Sequence record: OP595145.1
DNA: 64,000 nucleotides
Source of the DNA: Escherichia phage vB_EcoM_DE16
Reading direction: 5' to 3' (one strand)
The first letter of the stretch is position 1, and each line of letters starts with the position of its first letter. This document shows, one piece after another, positions 9,679 through 18,660 of this stretch. The notes below the pieces were generated by a model, which did not search any database, had not been told where the DNA came from, and worked only from the letters and a program-made list of their open reading frames with translations. The position numbers were made by a program, and so were the translations under genes.

Positions 9679-9707
9679 TTGACATTTATTTTATGTATGG
9701 TATACAT
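9679..9707 (+). promoter_or_regulatory. sigma70-like promoter (TTGACA, ~16-17 nt, TATACA)
   Basis: perfect -35 hexamer in intergenic gap before 9738 gene. Confidence 0.5.
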
Positions 9708-9737
9708 ACATTATCAACGTGAGCAAGGTGGTGTAAT

Positions 9738-10010
9738 ATGAATAAAGATCGGTTTCTTTCTTTAGTCGCGGAAGCGCCTTTTGATGTTCTTGGGGTGAGA
9801 TTATGGAAAGACAGAAACTATGGGTTAGATGTTCAAACATATTCTCTTTGGTTGGTTGGGGAGCACAGCTTAGATGAAAGCTTGTGCATGGGTAGGGATT
9901 CTCGTTCCCTTTGTTTAAAGTTTAGAAGCTTAGAACGCGCAAACAAAGAGCAAGAAAAACTAACGAGGTGGCTAAATGAAAACAAGCGCAGGGTTGATGG
10001 AGTTTTATAA
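9738..10010 (+). CDS. hypothetical protein (90 aa)
   Basis: ORF with SD AAGGTGG upstream. Confidence 0.55.
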   Translation: MNKDRFLSLVAEAPFDVLGVRLWKDRNYGLDVQTYSLWLVGEHSLDESLCMGRDSRSLCLKFRSLERANKEQEKLTRWLNENKRRVDGVL

Positions 10011-10302
10011 AATTTATCTAGCATGGATTGATGTTGGTGCTCCTGATGGTAAACCTTTTCGGCGAGATTGCGGTTTGTGTGCCAACTTGTTCGATTATGT
10101 GCACGCAGATGGCTACAATCTCCTTATAACAACCTTGTCAGACGAAATGCACTCACAGTTTTACTACAAAGGGTTGAGTCAAGAACTCCCTTTCAATGAG
10201 AACTACGATGCATATGTCTTAGAATCAGATGCAGAGGTATGTCACCTGAACGTGGACAGGATTAATTGGGTAAGAGATCGTATTGCAGAGGAGGATGAAT
10301 AA
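9976..10302 (+). CDS. hypothetical protein, member 3 of paralogous family
   Basis: 108 aa ORF with family motifs (EFYKIYLAWIDVGAP ... GLC ... LPF ... RINWVRDR). Confidence 0.7.
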   Translation: MKTSAGLMEFYKIYLAWIDVGAPDGKPFRRDCGLCANLFDYVHADGYNLLITTLSDEMHSQFYYKGLSQELPFNENYDAYVLESDAEVCHLNVDRINWVRDRIAEEDE

Positions 10303-10529
10303 TGTCGGATTATAACTGGTATGAACTTGAGGCCGTTTGTCAGTTTTACGACTCAATAGTTCTGCGTGATCCAATCTGTCAAGAATTAAGTCGCCGTGCA
10401 AGTGCATTGGCAATTAATGTTAAAGTGCACGATTGGAACGCAGATCTGGAAAAAGAATTGGAATTCCTTTTGGAAACAACCCGTGTCTTCCATAAAGTGT
10501 TCCCTGAATGGTTTGAGATGGAGGAATAA
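10302..10529 (+). CDS. hypothetical protein (75 aa)
   Basis: ORF with SD GAGGAGG upstream. Confidence 0.55.
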   Translation: MSDYNWYELEAVCQFYDSIVLRDPICQELSRRASALAINVKVHDWNADLEKELEFLLETTRVFHKVFPEWFEMEE

Positions 10530-10531
10530 GC

Positions 10532-10744
10532 ATGTGGATTGTCCGTCTTAAGTATGATGGCAAGTTTCCGTGGGAGAAAGATGTTTGTGCCTGTGATTCA
10601 GCAGCACATGCCAAAGCAGCGGGTCAGGCAGTAGTTGACATGTATAACAACACCCCCTTTGATCCAGAAATGGCAGGTGTTACAATGAGCATGTTCACTT
10701 ACTATTCTTTTGAGGTTTACTATCACGAAGGAGAGTGGAAATGA
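10532..10744 (+). CDS. hypothetical protein (70 aa)
   Basis: ORF with SD GATGGAGG upstream. Confidence 0.55.
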   Translation: MWIVRLKYDGKFPWEKDVCACDSAAHAKAAGQAVVDMYNNTPFDPEMAGVTMSMFTYYSFEVYYHEGEWK

Positions 10745-11061
10745 GCGAAGAACTATTAACATTTTACCGCACGTATTTGGCATGGTTGGAAGCTGGTGCT
10801 CCTGAAGGTGAACCGTTCACCCGTTGCACAGGTTTGTGCACGAACCTCTATGATTTTTACGACATAGGAGAAAGCGAACGATACGAACCTGTACTGGATG
10901 AAATGCATGAGCAGTTCTACCTCAAAGGTTTGGTTATGGTGTTGCCTTTCAACAGTAATTTTGGAAAGTACACCTTAGAAGCGGAAAAAAGCCGTTGTCA
11001 TTTGAATGTGGATCGTGTGAACTGGGTAAAAGAACGTGTAGCAGAAGAAATAATTGGTTGA
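10741..11061 (+). CDS. hypothetical protein, member 4 of paralogous family
   Basis: ATG at 10741; product closely resembles 9976 gene product. Confidence 0.7.
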   Translation: MSEELLTFYRTYLAWLEAGAPEGEPFTRCTGLCTNLYDFYDIGESERYEPVLDEMHEQFYLKGLVMVLPFNSNFGKYTLEAEKSRCHLNVDRVNWVKERVAEEIIG

Positions 11062-11115
11062 CAGAAGGATCTGTCTTTGTCATAATCATCTCATCGAAAC
11101 AGAGAGGAGAAAATC

Positions 11116-11529
11116 ATGAAAAAGTTTATTTGCACCCGTTCCACTAACAGTGATATCCTTGTAGGTAAAGTTATCAAAGGAGAACTCTTCCATGCAAACG
11201 GTAAGAAATATATTCTGCTGAAAGATTCTTTCAACGGGGAATATCCGCGCTGCACTTTCTTCAATTACAATACTCCATTTGCTTTAGAAGGAGATGCTTG
11301 GGAATGGGCTGAACTCAATCCTTGTTGTGAGGAAGAAGAATCTATGTTCTTAGGTTTAAACGTTTACCGTGTAGATTACACCATGTGCGGAGCGGAACAT
11401 TCTGTTCGCGTAGAAGCCGAATCCAAACTACAAGCACCTTTCAAGGCGGGATTGACTTTGGGTCATTGTTTGGCAAACATTGAAGATGTTGTGATCCAAA
11501 GAGTTGTTTTAGAGAAAGAGGCTATTTGA
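11116..11529 (+). CDS. hypothetical protein (137 aa)
   Basis: ORF with SD AGAGGAG upstream. Confidence 0.6.
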   Translation: MKKFICTRSTNSDILVGKVIKGELFHANGKKYILLKDSFNGEYPRCTFFNYNTPFALEGDAWEWAELNPCCEEEESMFLGLNVYRVDYTMCGAEHSVRVEAESKLQAPFKAGLTLGHCLANIEDVVIQRVVLEKEAI

Positions 11530-11581
11530 CAGAAGACGGCACAATATTTAAATATAAAGATTAACCACAAAGGAGATAGAT

Positions 11582-11881
11582 ATGCAAGTTGAAGACCTGA
11601 TCAAAATTTTGAATGAAGCCAAAGAGAAAGGTGCTATCAAGGACTGGAAACGTGAAACAAGTGAAGACCTATCTCACTGTTGCCGAGAATTTTACATCGA
11701 AGGTATTGCTAACGATCATTATACTATTGAATGGTATATTAACTTAATGACTCTTAAGCACGGTTCATTTGAGGTTTGGTTTGATGACATTGATGTAAAT
11801 GGTTTTCATCCTGGCTATAAAATCGCTATGCAGCTATCTTATCGTAGAGAAGTTGTAGCACATTTGGGTTTACATAACTAA
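11582..11881 (+). CDS. hypothetical protein (99 aa)
   Basis: ORF with SD AAAGGAG upstream. Confidence 0.6.
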   Translation: MQVEDLIKILNEAKEKGAIKDWKRETSEDLSHCCREFYIEGIANDHYTIEWYINLMTLKHGSFEVWFDDIDVNGFHPGYKIAMQLSYRREVVAHLGLHN

Positions 11882-11891
11882 GGAGAAAAGA

Positions 11892-12215
11892 ATGCAAGCA
11901 GTTGTTAACGAAGCTATTATGAACTTATCCTTCTTGTTAGCTGGTTTAGGAGGTGTTCTCATAGGTTTGGCTCTTATCTGGTGTATTCGTCGATTAATCG
12001 GGTACCGACAAAAAGGTGTTTCATGTTTTGTATCTTACAATTTTACAACTGCTTACAGCAATGAGGTTGGATCTGGCAATGCTCAAGCATTTTTACCAAC
12101 ATATCCTCCTACGGTGGAAGATATTCGAAACTTGGAAGTAGAACTTATGGGACTAAGTGATAACTATACATCTCTAGTTATTCAAAATATTTTTCGACTA
12201 AAACAGGAGGCGTGA
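11892..12215 (+). CDS. membrane protein (107 aa)
   Basis: hydrophobic segment LSFLLAGLGGVLIGLALIWCI; SD TAAGGAG. Confidence 0.55.
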   Translation: MQAVVNEAIMNLSFLLAGLGGVLIGLALIWCIRRLIGYRQKGVSCFVSYNFTTAYSNEVGSGNAQAFLPTYPPTVEDIRNLEVELMGLSDNYTSLVIQNIFRLKQEA

Positions 12216-12428
12216 ATGAAGGTACATTACCCTCATCCCTTTGATCCTAAAAACAAAGCCGTAATTCTTCGTCAGTGGGAACGGGTTTGTCGTACTAAAT
12301 GTCCAATCAATAGCCCACACAATGTAGACAAGGACTATCTTGGGACATTTGTTGAATACACTTACATAGACAAAAACAAGCGTAAACAACATGTCGAGGA
12401 ATACTGCTTAAGAGTAGAATGGCTGTAA
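12216..12428 (+). CDS. hypothetical protein (70 aa)
   Basis: ORF with SD CAGGAGG upstream. Confidence 0.55.
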   Translation: MKVHYPHPFDPKNKAVILRQWERVCRTKCPINSPHNVDKDYLGTFVEYTYIDKNKRKQHVEEYCLRVEWL

Positions 12429-12440
12429 ATAATAAATACC

Positions 12441-12469
12441 TTGACAAGTGTTTATTCGTTTTGTAAAGT
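12441..12469 (+). promoter_or_regulatory. sigma70-like promoter (TTGACA, 17 nt, TAAAGT)
   Basis: intergenic, upstream of recombinase gene. Confidence 0.5.
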
Positions 12470-12498
12470 GAGAATACAGCAATGGTTTAGGAGTGGTT

Positions 12499-13170
12499 AT
12501 GAAAAAGTTTGTTGTTTACAGTCGTCTTTCTAAACAGAAAAAAGGTGAGGCACAATATGGTATGGAGAGCCAAGAGAACGATATCCGTTACTTCTTAGAC
12601 TCTGTGCCTGATGCGGAAGTTATTGGTCAATTTTCTGAATACTATTCGGGTAAGGGCGATTGGAAGCAACGTAAAGAACTGGTTAAAGCGGTTGAAATGT
12701 GTAAAGCTACCGGAGCAACTTTATTGGTAGCTAAAGTTGACCGCTTAGGTCGTAACAACGCCTCCGTAGCAACTCTTCTGGAGATGATCGATGTTAAGAT
12801 AGCCATCATGCCAGACGCAGATAAAATGGTTATACAGCTTCTATCTGTTCTGGCTGAACAAGAAGTTAGAGGTATTGCTGATCGTATTAAAAAGGGTCTT
12901 GCTGTAGCAAAAAGTAAAGGTGTTTTATTAGGTAGTGCTAATCCTAAAACTGCCGCTGCACGTAGAAAAGGAAAAATGGAATACAACTCTGTTAAAGCAG
13001 ATGCTTTTGCAGAGACATTCCGTGAACGCTTGGAGATCCTTAGAGATTTAAATACACCTTACAAAACTATTGCTGAAAAATTCAATAGTAAGAAAATAGC
13101 AACAGCACGTGGTGGTAAATGGGATGCTAAAACTGTTTCTCGTTTGTGTGCCAGACTTAACATTAAATAG
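12499..13170 (+). CDS. serine recombinase (resolvase/invertase family)
   Basis: N-terminal YSRLS catalytic-serine context, VAKVDRLGRN motif, C-terminal HTH-like tail; 223 aa. Confidence 0.7.
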   Translation: MKKFVVYSRLSKQKKGEAQYGMESQENDIRYFLDSVPDAEVIGQFSEYYSGKGDWKQRKELVKAVEMCKATGATLLVAKVDRLGRNNASVATLLEMIDVKIAIMPDADKMVIQLLSVLAEQEVRGIADRIKKGLAVAKSKGVLLGSANPKTAAARRKGKMEYNSVKADAFAETFRERLEILRDLNTPYKTIAEKFNSKKIATARGGKWDAKTVSRLCARLNIK

Positions 13171-13178
13171 GAGAGGAT

Positions 13179-13601
13179 ATGAAACAAGAAAATGAATCTG
13201 TAGATCACTTAATCATGCTGTCAGCCCTTTTTGCCGGATGGGACGTATTTTTTGAAAATTTGTTCAATTCTGCTACAGATGGTTCCGATTTTATGCGGCA
13301 GTTTAAACGACGAACTGTTGAGGACTATGCTTTCTATTCAGGTCGGATTGAAAAAGGTTACGAAGATACAAATACAACACTCACCATTAAAGTTTTAGAT
13401 GTGATGTTTAGTGTTATAGATGCTATCGACGAAAGTCTTCCGATCCTAGACAATTGTAATACGAAAGCCTATGTTTACAAAATAGCTCGTGCTTATGTGT
13501 CTGCAAACAGTTGTCTTCTTTCCACCCAGATTGCCGTGAACAATCTTGCCAACTTGTTTGATGAAGGAGAAACTTTTTATGACAATCGATTTGAAGTGTA
13601 A
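13179..13601 (+). CDS. hypothetical protein (140 aa)
   Basis: ORF with SD TAGGAGAGG upstream. Confidence 0.6.
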   Translation: MKQENESVDHLIMLSALFAGWDVFFENLFNSATDGSDFMRQFKRRTVEDYAFYSGRIEKGYEDTNTTLTIKVLDVMFSVIDAIDESLPILDNCNTKAYVYKIARAYVSANSCLLSTQIAVNNLANLFDEGETFYDNRFEV

Positions 13602-13944
13602 GAGGATTCTTTTAGATTTCTATAATAATTGGTTAGAACACCTCCGTCTCTTTCCAAGAGAAAGTGGTTACGCTGATGTTGGCTTATGCCGAGGTCTACG
13701 TATGTATATAAGTGATGAATTTCGGGCCGAGCATTCTTTAGCATATGCTGTTTATGGTATGCAATTAGCCAGTTTTGAAAACGCTGGCTTAGATACAACT
13801 TTCCCATTTAACACAGCAAAATCTTTTGAGCAAGAGTGTAAGGAAAAACGTTGCATGTTTAATGAAAAACGTGTACAGTGGGTTAAGGATCGAGTTAAAC
13901 AACTGGAACAAGAGTTGGATTTCTTCTATGATGAGGCAGAATAA
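13579..13944 (+). CDS. hypothetical protein, member 5 of paralogous family
   Basis: ATG 13579 after GAAGGAG; motifs DFYNNWLEH ... GLC ... FPF ... RVQWVKDR. Confidence 0.65.
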   Translation: MTIDLKCKRILLDFYNNWLEHLRLFPRESGYADVGLCRGLRMYISDEFRAEHSLAYAVYGMQLASFENAGLDTTFPFNTAKSFEQECKEKRCMFNEKRVQWVKDRVKQLEQELDFFYDEAE

Positions 13945-14216
13945 TGGATAGACAAACCTTAAAAACAATGGCAGATGCCACTAATTCCCCGTACTTTGAA
14001 AAAGTAAGTAAATTGGTAGCTCAAGCCGCAGAGGAAGGATATTATAACATAAACATCCACAACCCAAGTCTTATACTAGAAATGCCAAGTGATAAGAAGA
14101 TACAAGAAAGTATCTGTGAAGGTATTGTTAGTTACTGGCGCGAGCGTGGGTGTGGTGCAAACATGGCTTTAGACAGTGCAAACATTGTAAGATATATAAA
14201 TATTTCTTGGGGGTGA
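13944..14216 (+). CDS. hypothetical protein (90 aa)
   Basis: ORF, start overlaps previous stop. Confidence 0.55.
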   Translation: MDRQTLKTMADATNSPYFEKVSKLVAQAAEEGYYNINIHNPSLILEMPSDKKIQESICEGIVSYWRERGCGANMALDSANIVRYINISWG

Positions 14217-14220
14217 TTTT

Positions 14221-14505
14221 ATGATTCAATGCACTCATATCCAAATTACTTGGAGAGATGAACTTTACCATTTGGGACAATTTACTGTAGGGGAAACATA
14301 CCCTATCATTAAACATAATCCTAACATCGCAAACTTTGACAGGATGGTTCTTGTTGAGGACGATCTAGGTCAAACTTATTCTTTAGATCTAAAATATCCG
14401 TTTTCTTACGGCTACGATTGGATCGTTACTTTTGAAGACGTGGAGGAAAATAAAACAATGAACGAAAAAATTCTTGGTATTATCGTTGTGAACTGCCGCC
14501 AGTAG
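14221..14505 (+). CDS. hypothetical protein (94 aa)
   Basis: ORF with SD GGGGGTG upstream. Confidence 0.55.
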   Translation: MIQCTHIQITWRDELYHLGQFTVGETYPIIKHNPNIANFDRMVLVEDDLGQTYSLDLKYPFSYGYDWIVTFEDVEENKTMNEKILGIIVVNCRQ

Positions 14506-14531
14506 GTGAAAAGGTTATCTTTGTTCCTGAT

Positions 14532-14831
14532 TTGGAAAGATATTCTTGGGACAGTTCTTATTCTGTTCCTAAAGAAGGCACCGAAGTTGAAGTTATTGCA
14601 CATCGCACAACTTCGCATGGTAACGACGTAGCAGTTGTTTTCTGGGATGATGAAGGTGCTGCTTGTGCAGGTGGCTTTGTTGCAGGTAATTTTGAACCCC
14701 TGCCAGATCCTTTGAAGGAGGCAATTTTAGGCGTAGCTTCTTTTGGACTCTCTTACACATCTGCACAAGAGATCGTAGAAGGTATTTTAAACGGTACCGT
14801 TCCAAACGAAATTTTTAAACAGATTAAATAA
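14532..14831 (+). CDS. hypothetical protein (99 aa), start uncertain (TTG only)
   Basis: frame open from 14454 with no ATG; possible frameshift with 14221-14505. Confidence 0.35.
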   Translation: MERYSWDSSYSVPKEGTEVEVIAHRTTSHGNDVAVVFWDDEGAACAGGFVAGNFEPLPDPLKEAILGVASFGLSYTSAQEIVEGILNGTVPNEIFKQIK

Positions 14832-14836
14832 TAGTT

Positions 14837-14864
14837 GCACCCCGTTCTGCGGGGTGTTATTGTA
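14837..14864 (+). terminator. Rho-independent terminator (CACCCCG-TTCTG-CGGGGTG + T-rich)
   Basis: perfect 7-bp GC stem then TTATTGT. Confidence 0.65.
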
Positions 14865-14882
14865 TATGTAAAGGAGGCGCTA

Positions 14883-15221
14883 ATGTATTACACTGAAGAC
14901 TACATATTGTATAACTTTTTTAAAGGCTGGTTGAAATGGGCGGAACAAGCTCCTGTCGGAGATTGTGTTTTTCCTTGGGATTCTCGTCAAGGCTTGTGTC
15001 GTTGTTTGGAAGATTGGCTTATAACCACAAACTACAATTCAGAAACTAAGAAATCTACATCAAACAGATTAAAAATGTTATTTGAAGAAGATGGTTTAGA
15101 TCCAATTTATCCTTTCGGTGAGGAAAGTTTCCACAATGGTCTTTTCCTTGGCACTCAACATTATGATAAAGATCGTGTAGATTGGGTAAAAGAAAAGGTA
15201 GCACAGTATGAATGGGGTTAA
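14883..15221 (+). CDS. hypothetical protein, member 6 of paralogous family
   Basis: ATG 14883 after AAAGGAGG; motifs NFFKGWLKW ... GLC ... YPF ... RVDWVKEK. Confidence 0.65.
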   Translation: MYYTEDYILYNFFKGWLKWAEQAPVGDCVFPWDSRQGLCRCLEDWLITTNYNSETKKSTSNRLKMLFEEDGLDPIYPFGEESFHNGLFLGTQHYDKDRVDWVKEKVAQYEWG

Positions 15222-15411
15222 GAATTATCACCGCTGGTTAGAAAGCTATCTTAAGAAATGTGAACTTGGTGTTCCAGGTTATACTTACGACACGGACGAG
15301 ATTCTTGATGAAATGGAAGTTTGGTTTAAAGAGCCTCGTGAACTATTGGCAAATATTCTAATGGCTTGGGATGGTACGGCACAAAGCATCGGAGGAGGTA
15401 AAAATGAGTAA
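15208..15411 (+). CDS. hypothetical protein (67 aa)
   Basis: ORF overlapping previous gene end; no clear SD. Confidence 0.4.
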   Translation: MNGVKNYHRWLESYLKKCELGVPGYTYDTDEILDEMEVWFKEPRELLANILMAWDGTAQSIGGGKNE

Positions 15412-15555
15412 GAAATTGTTTAATATTCGTGAGAATCGTGATGGATCGTTCTCTGTAGTCAATGAGTTTAACGTTTCGGTTGGGACTTTTATTACTAAAC
15501 GTCAAGCAGAACAAGTAAGAGATACTTTAAACAAGTAAGTTTTTAAGGGGGACTT

Positions 15556-15975
15556 ATGTTAGGTAAGATCAAAGCTTTTTTCAAACGTATTGTTGAAGGA
15601 AGTCCAACAGAAGGTGCATTAGGAAGATCTCTAACAGGAGAACCACTTGCCATAATTTCTATCAGTCGGCATGGTGGATATTCCATTCGACAAACACCTT
15701 TAGGTATAGAAGGTAGTATGCTTTCTTGGACAATATCTCAAGTTGGTGATAACAGACTTGCAGCTATAGCGTTACTTCGTGGGGAGTATGACTATTGTTT
15801 ATCAGCATCTTGTAAAAAGCACCTCATAGAGCACATTAGAGACAGAGTAGAAAGAGAAGGCGGATACTTCTTCGAAACTAAGAGAAACGAACAAGGAACT
15901 CTTGACTTCACTAAGGTTTACTGGGACAATCATACTCGTCAAACTGTTGAACAACTTCTGGAGGAAAGATGTTAA
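15556..15975 (+). CDS. hypothetical protein (139 aa)
   Basis: ORF with SD TAAGGGGG upstream. Confidence 0.6.
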   Translation: MLGKIKAFFKRIVEGSPTEGALGRSLTGEPLAIISISRHGGYSIRQTPLGIEGSMLSWTISQVGDNRLAAIALLRGEYDYCLSASCKKHLIEHIRDRVEREGGYFFETKRNEQGTLDFTKVYWDNHTRQTVEQLLEERC

Positions 15976-16178
15976 AAGCTTTTGCTGTATACTCTACTGT
16001 AGGATTCTTTTATTGGATTATAGTTATTGTCGGATGTTGGTTAGGTTCTTGTGTTGTGATGGGAGAATGGTTAACATACAATGTATTTGAATGGGATGTA
16101 GTTTGTAGATCATTACTTGTTATATGGACTGCTATTGTTTGTTGGATAACTGTTAGTCTAACATTAGATCTATATTGA
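15969..16178 (+). CDS. small membrane protein (69 aa)
   Basis: two hydrophobic segments; SD CTGGAGG. Confidence 0.5.
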   Translation: MLKAFAVYSTVGFFYWIIVIVGCWLGSCVVMGEWLTYNVFEWDVVCRSLLVIWTAIVCWITVSLTLDLY

Positions 16179-16471
16179 TTAATAGATGGTAGATAGATGA
16201 TCATAGTTTATCTACCTTCACTTACGTTTCATACCTCACTATCGTGAGTAACATGAAACATTATTATATAGAAATCTACTACTCGCTATCGCTCGTAAAC
16301 ATATGTTTAGGGTACCATATTTTTTTGAAAAAGTCAATGCTGACTCACCTATCAATTATCTGTTTAAGATAAGTCTTACCTATCAATCTAACTCTTAACT
16401 AGTATTGCACCTATAGTAAGACTATTCCTATAGTTATTAACCCTCTTCTTCTGTAGAATGTAATTAGATCC

Positions 16472-16500
16472 TTGACAAACTCACAAAACTTGTGTTACAT
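16472..16500 (+). promoter_or_regulatory. sigma70-like promoter (TTGACA, 17 nt, TTACAT)
   Basis: in 360-bp intergenic gap before 16539 gene. Confidence 0.45.
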
Positions 16501-16538
16501 TGTGTCTCACAGGTGAATAATACCGAACAGGAGGAAAA

Positions 16539-16754
16539 ATGAGTTCCAATTTTCTATACAAAGCAAAAGATTCACGAGATGGAGAGAACCATTGGTGGTT
16601 GATCACAGAAGATGGTGTTATCATCCTACCGTGGGACGGAGAGACGAAAGTTCAAATATTAGAGAAAGTAAAAGGTGTTAGTTTTAATGTTAGTCATGAC
16701 ATAACAACTTTCAAAGCTTTTGCTATGAATCCTAGTCTTGTTGCTGAATGGTAA
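16539..16754 (+). CDS. hypothetical protein (71 aa)
   Basis: ORF with SD ACAGGAGG upstream. Confidence 0.55.
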   Translation: MSSNFLYKAKDSRDGENHWWLITEDGVIILPWDGETKVQILEKVKGVSFNVSHDITTFKAFAMNPSLVAEW

Positions 16755-16767
16755 TCCAGGAGAAAAT

Positions 16768-16986
16768 ATGACTAAAATGTATGCAGCCGTTGATAAGCTG
16801 GATGGGTCTGATTCTGTTTTTATTTTGAATAAAATGGGTGTCTTAGTTTATGCCCGAACTTCTCAAAACATAGAACACCAAGTGGAAGCAGCACAAATTT
16901 TAGAACAAATAACCCCTCCATACCTATACTCAAATGTTGAGCGTTTTAACGATGCACTTGGTTTGACGTTAATAGCGGAATGGTGA
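16768..16986 (+). CDS. hypothetical protein (72 aa)
   Basis: ATG 16768 after CCAGGAG. Confidence 0.55.
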   Translation: MTKMYAAVDKLDGSDSVFILNKMGVLVYARTSQNIEHQVEAAQILEQITPPYLYSNVERFNDALGLTLIAEW

Positions 16987-17177
16987 AAATGTTGGAAATT
17001 GATAATGTCGTAGCAATCACTACGTCCATACCTTGTCCTCCTATGCCTTGCCCCTATTGTGGTGGTGCAGGATATGTTATGGCGGATGTAGGTCAAATTT
17101 ACGAGTGTAACCCGTGCAAAACCACAGGCTATATCCAAATAGAATCAGAGGAGAAACACTATGAGCCAAAACGCTAA
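16980..17177 (+). CDS. small Cys-rich protein (65 aa)
   Basis: CPYCGG ... CNPCK motifs (zinc-ribbon-like). Confidence 0.5.
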   Translation: MVKMLEIDNVVAITTSIPCPPMPCPYCGGAGYVMADVGQIYECNPCKTTGYIQIESEEKHYEPKR

Positions 17178-17610
17178 AGAAAAAGAAGTAATCACGGTAA
17201 TCCGTCAGATGGAAGGTGCCGAAAACAATGCTTTTGTTACTAAGATTCTTCTTAATATCTTTGAAGATGTTATTTTAAACAATCCTGGTCATAAAGATTA
17301 TCAGTATGATGTTATGATGGGTGCTTTGCTTGAGATTAACAAAAACACTTTTGCTGAATATGAGCAACACATGCTTTTACCAGAGGAAGATCAGGATTAT
17401 TTGTTATCTGGTGCTTTAAGTGCACAAGAAAATTTCTACCACGTTCTTAATATGGCTTATGCAGATGAACTTGCTGTTTCCCTTGAAGAGCGTATTCAAA
17501 TGGTTCGTGATGTGATGAATGAACAAATCCAAGAAGTTGAAGACTTGGTAGCAGAACCTTTAGCAGAAATTCGTGCAGCTATTGAAAAACAAAAAGGAAC
17601 TCAATCATGA
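17161..17610 (+). CDS. hypothetical protein (149 aa)
   Basis: ORF with SD GAGGAG upstream. Confidence 0.6.
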   Translation: MSQNAKEKEVITVIRQMEGAENNAFVTKILLNIFEDVILNNPGHKDYQYDVMMGALLEINKNTFAEYEQHMLLPEEDQDYLLSGALSAQENFYHVLNMAYADELAVSLEERIQMVRDVMNEQIQEVEDLVAEPLAEIRAAIEKQKGTQS

Positions 17611-17774
17611 TGCAAGTAGGTGATGTGGTTTGCCTTAAAGGTGCAAACAAACAAATGACAGTAATAGAAAGTTATGGTGAATCTTGTAAAGTAACTTGGT
17701 TCGATGAAAACGGGGAATTGCAACACGCCATATTCGATCAAAAAGCTTTGAGGAAGGTTGAAGAAAAAGAATGA
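17607..17774 (+). CDS. small protein (55 aa, below ORF-track cutoff), DUF2158-like guess
   Basis: ATGATG start overlapping previous stop; product MMQVGDVVCLKGANKQMTV... Confidence 0.4.
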   Translation: MMQVGDVVCLKGANKQMTVIESYGESCKVTWFDENGELQHAIFDQKALRKVEEKE

Positions 17775-18034
17775 GCCATCCGTCAATATTTTTCTGTTTT
17801 GTAGATCTTGAAAACGAGTCTTTAATCGTTGATAGTGAGGGTTACTTCACTTATTGGGAATCCGAGCACGAAACTATAAGTGTAGTGAAAGAAATTATGC
17901 AAACCAATCCAAGCCTACCAGCACATAAGTACGGTATTGCAAAAGTGTTTGTTACTAAAACAGAGTACACAAAAGAGCGAAGCACTTTGTACCATAATAT
18001 TGAAGTGATTCACTATTTCAAAGATGTTATTTAG
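17771..18034 (+). CDS. hypothetical protein (87 aa)
   Basis: ORF, ATGA overlap with previous gene. Confidence 0.55.
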   Translation: MSHPSIFFCFVDLENESLIVDSEGYFTYWESEHETISVVKEIMQTNPSLPAHKYGIAKVFVTKTEYTKERSTLYHNIEVIHYFKDVI

Positions 18035-18042
18035 GAGGTTAT

Positions 18043-18651
18043 ATGGAAGAGAAGATTTGGGATGGTAAAGATCCTTTAGAAGTTGGACATGTAGCGCGTG
18101 TCAAAAAATCTACTACAGGTCCTGGTTTTTCTGGTTTGTATCATATACCAGAAGAAGGTCAGCACGTTACAATTTTGGCTCGTGACAAACAAAACGGAGC
18201 AACGCCTGTGTGGATTGTTCGTTGGTATGACAAAGATCTTAACATTTGCTTGTCACCTATTATGGCTCATTTGCTGGAAGCCCCTTGCTCTGAAGAAGCT
18301 CTTATTTTTGTTTCGGCTTTTCAGAAAGCCACAGGTTTAACATTAGATGTAAAAGATGTGCAAAAAGCACTTGACATTATTGAGGAAGACAACGATACTA
18401 CATCTAACGACGAACTGGTTGAAGTTACAATATTATCTTCAGCAGATATCCGAGAGATTGAGAATTGTGATTTTCCAATCACATTTAAAATGTCGCAGAA
18501 AGACGTGCAGTCATCTGGAAGTTGTTTTGGCATACCTCGTTGGTTTTTTGATTCTATCAAAAATTCTACTACAGAGGGATCAGACTATGATCAAGATGAC
18601 ATGCTTTGGTTCTTAAAAAACCGAGAGATTGTTCTCTCACCACTTAAGTAA
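18043..18651 (+). CDS. hypothetical protein (202 aa)
   Basis: ORF with SD TTAGGAGG upstream. Confidence 0.6.
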   Translation: MEEKIWDGKDPLEVGHVARVKKSTTGPGFSGLYHIPEEGQHVTILARDKQNGATPVWIVRWYDKDLNICLSPIMAHLLEAPCSEEALIFVSAFQKATGLTLDVKDVQKALDIIEEDNDTTSNDELVEVTILSSADIREIENCDFPITFKMSQKDVQSSGSCFGIPRWFFDSIKNSTTEGSDYDQDDMLWFLKNREIVLSPLK

Positions 18652-18660
18652 GGAGAAATA

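Noticed and set aside
12499-13170. Prophage or integrative element call based on the recombinase
   Set aside because: It is a small serine recombinase of resolvase/invertase type with no flanking att-like repeats or host genes, inside a dense phage gene block.
14506-14628. 40-aa hydrophobic peptide from the GTG directly after the 14221-14505 stop
   Set aside because: Overlaps the alternative 14532 frame; too short and unsupported to annotate.
2357-16204. Minus-strand ORFs from the six-frame track inside the plus-strand early block (e.g. 2683-3120, 5898-6278, 12642-12986, 16010-16204)
   Set aside because: Each lies antisense to a plus-strand ORF that has a Shine-Dalgarno site and fits the tight co-directional gene packing; they look like antisense artefacts.
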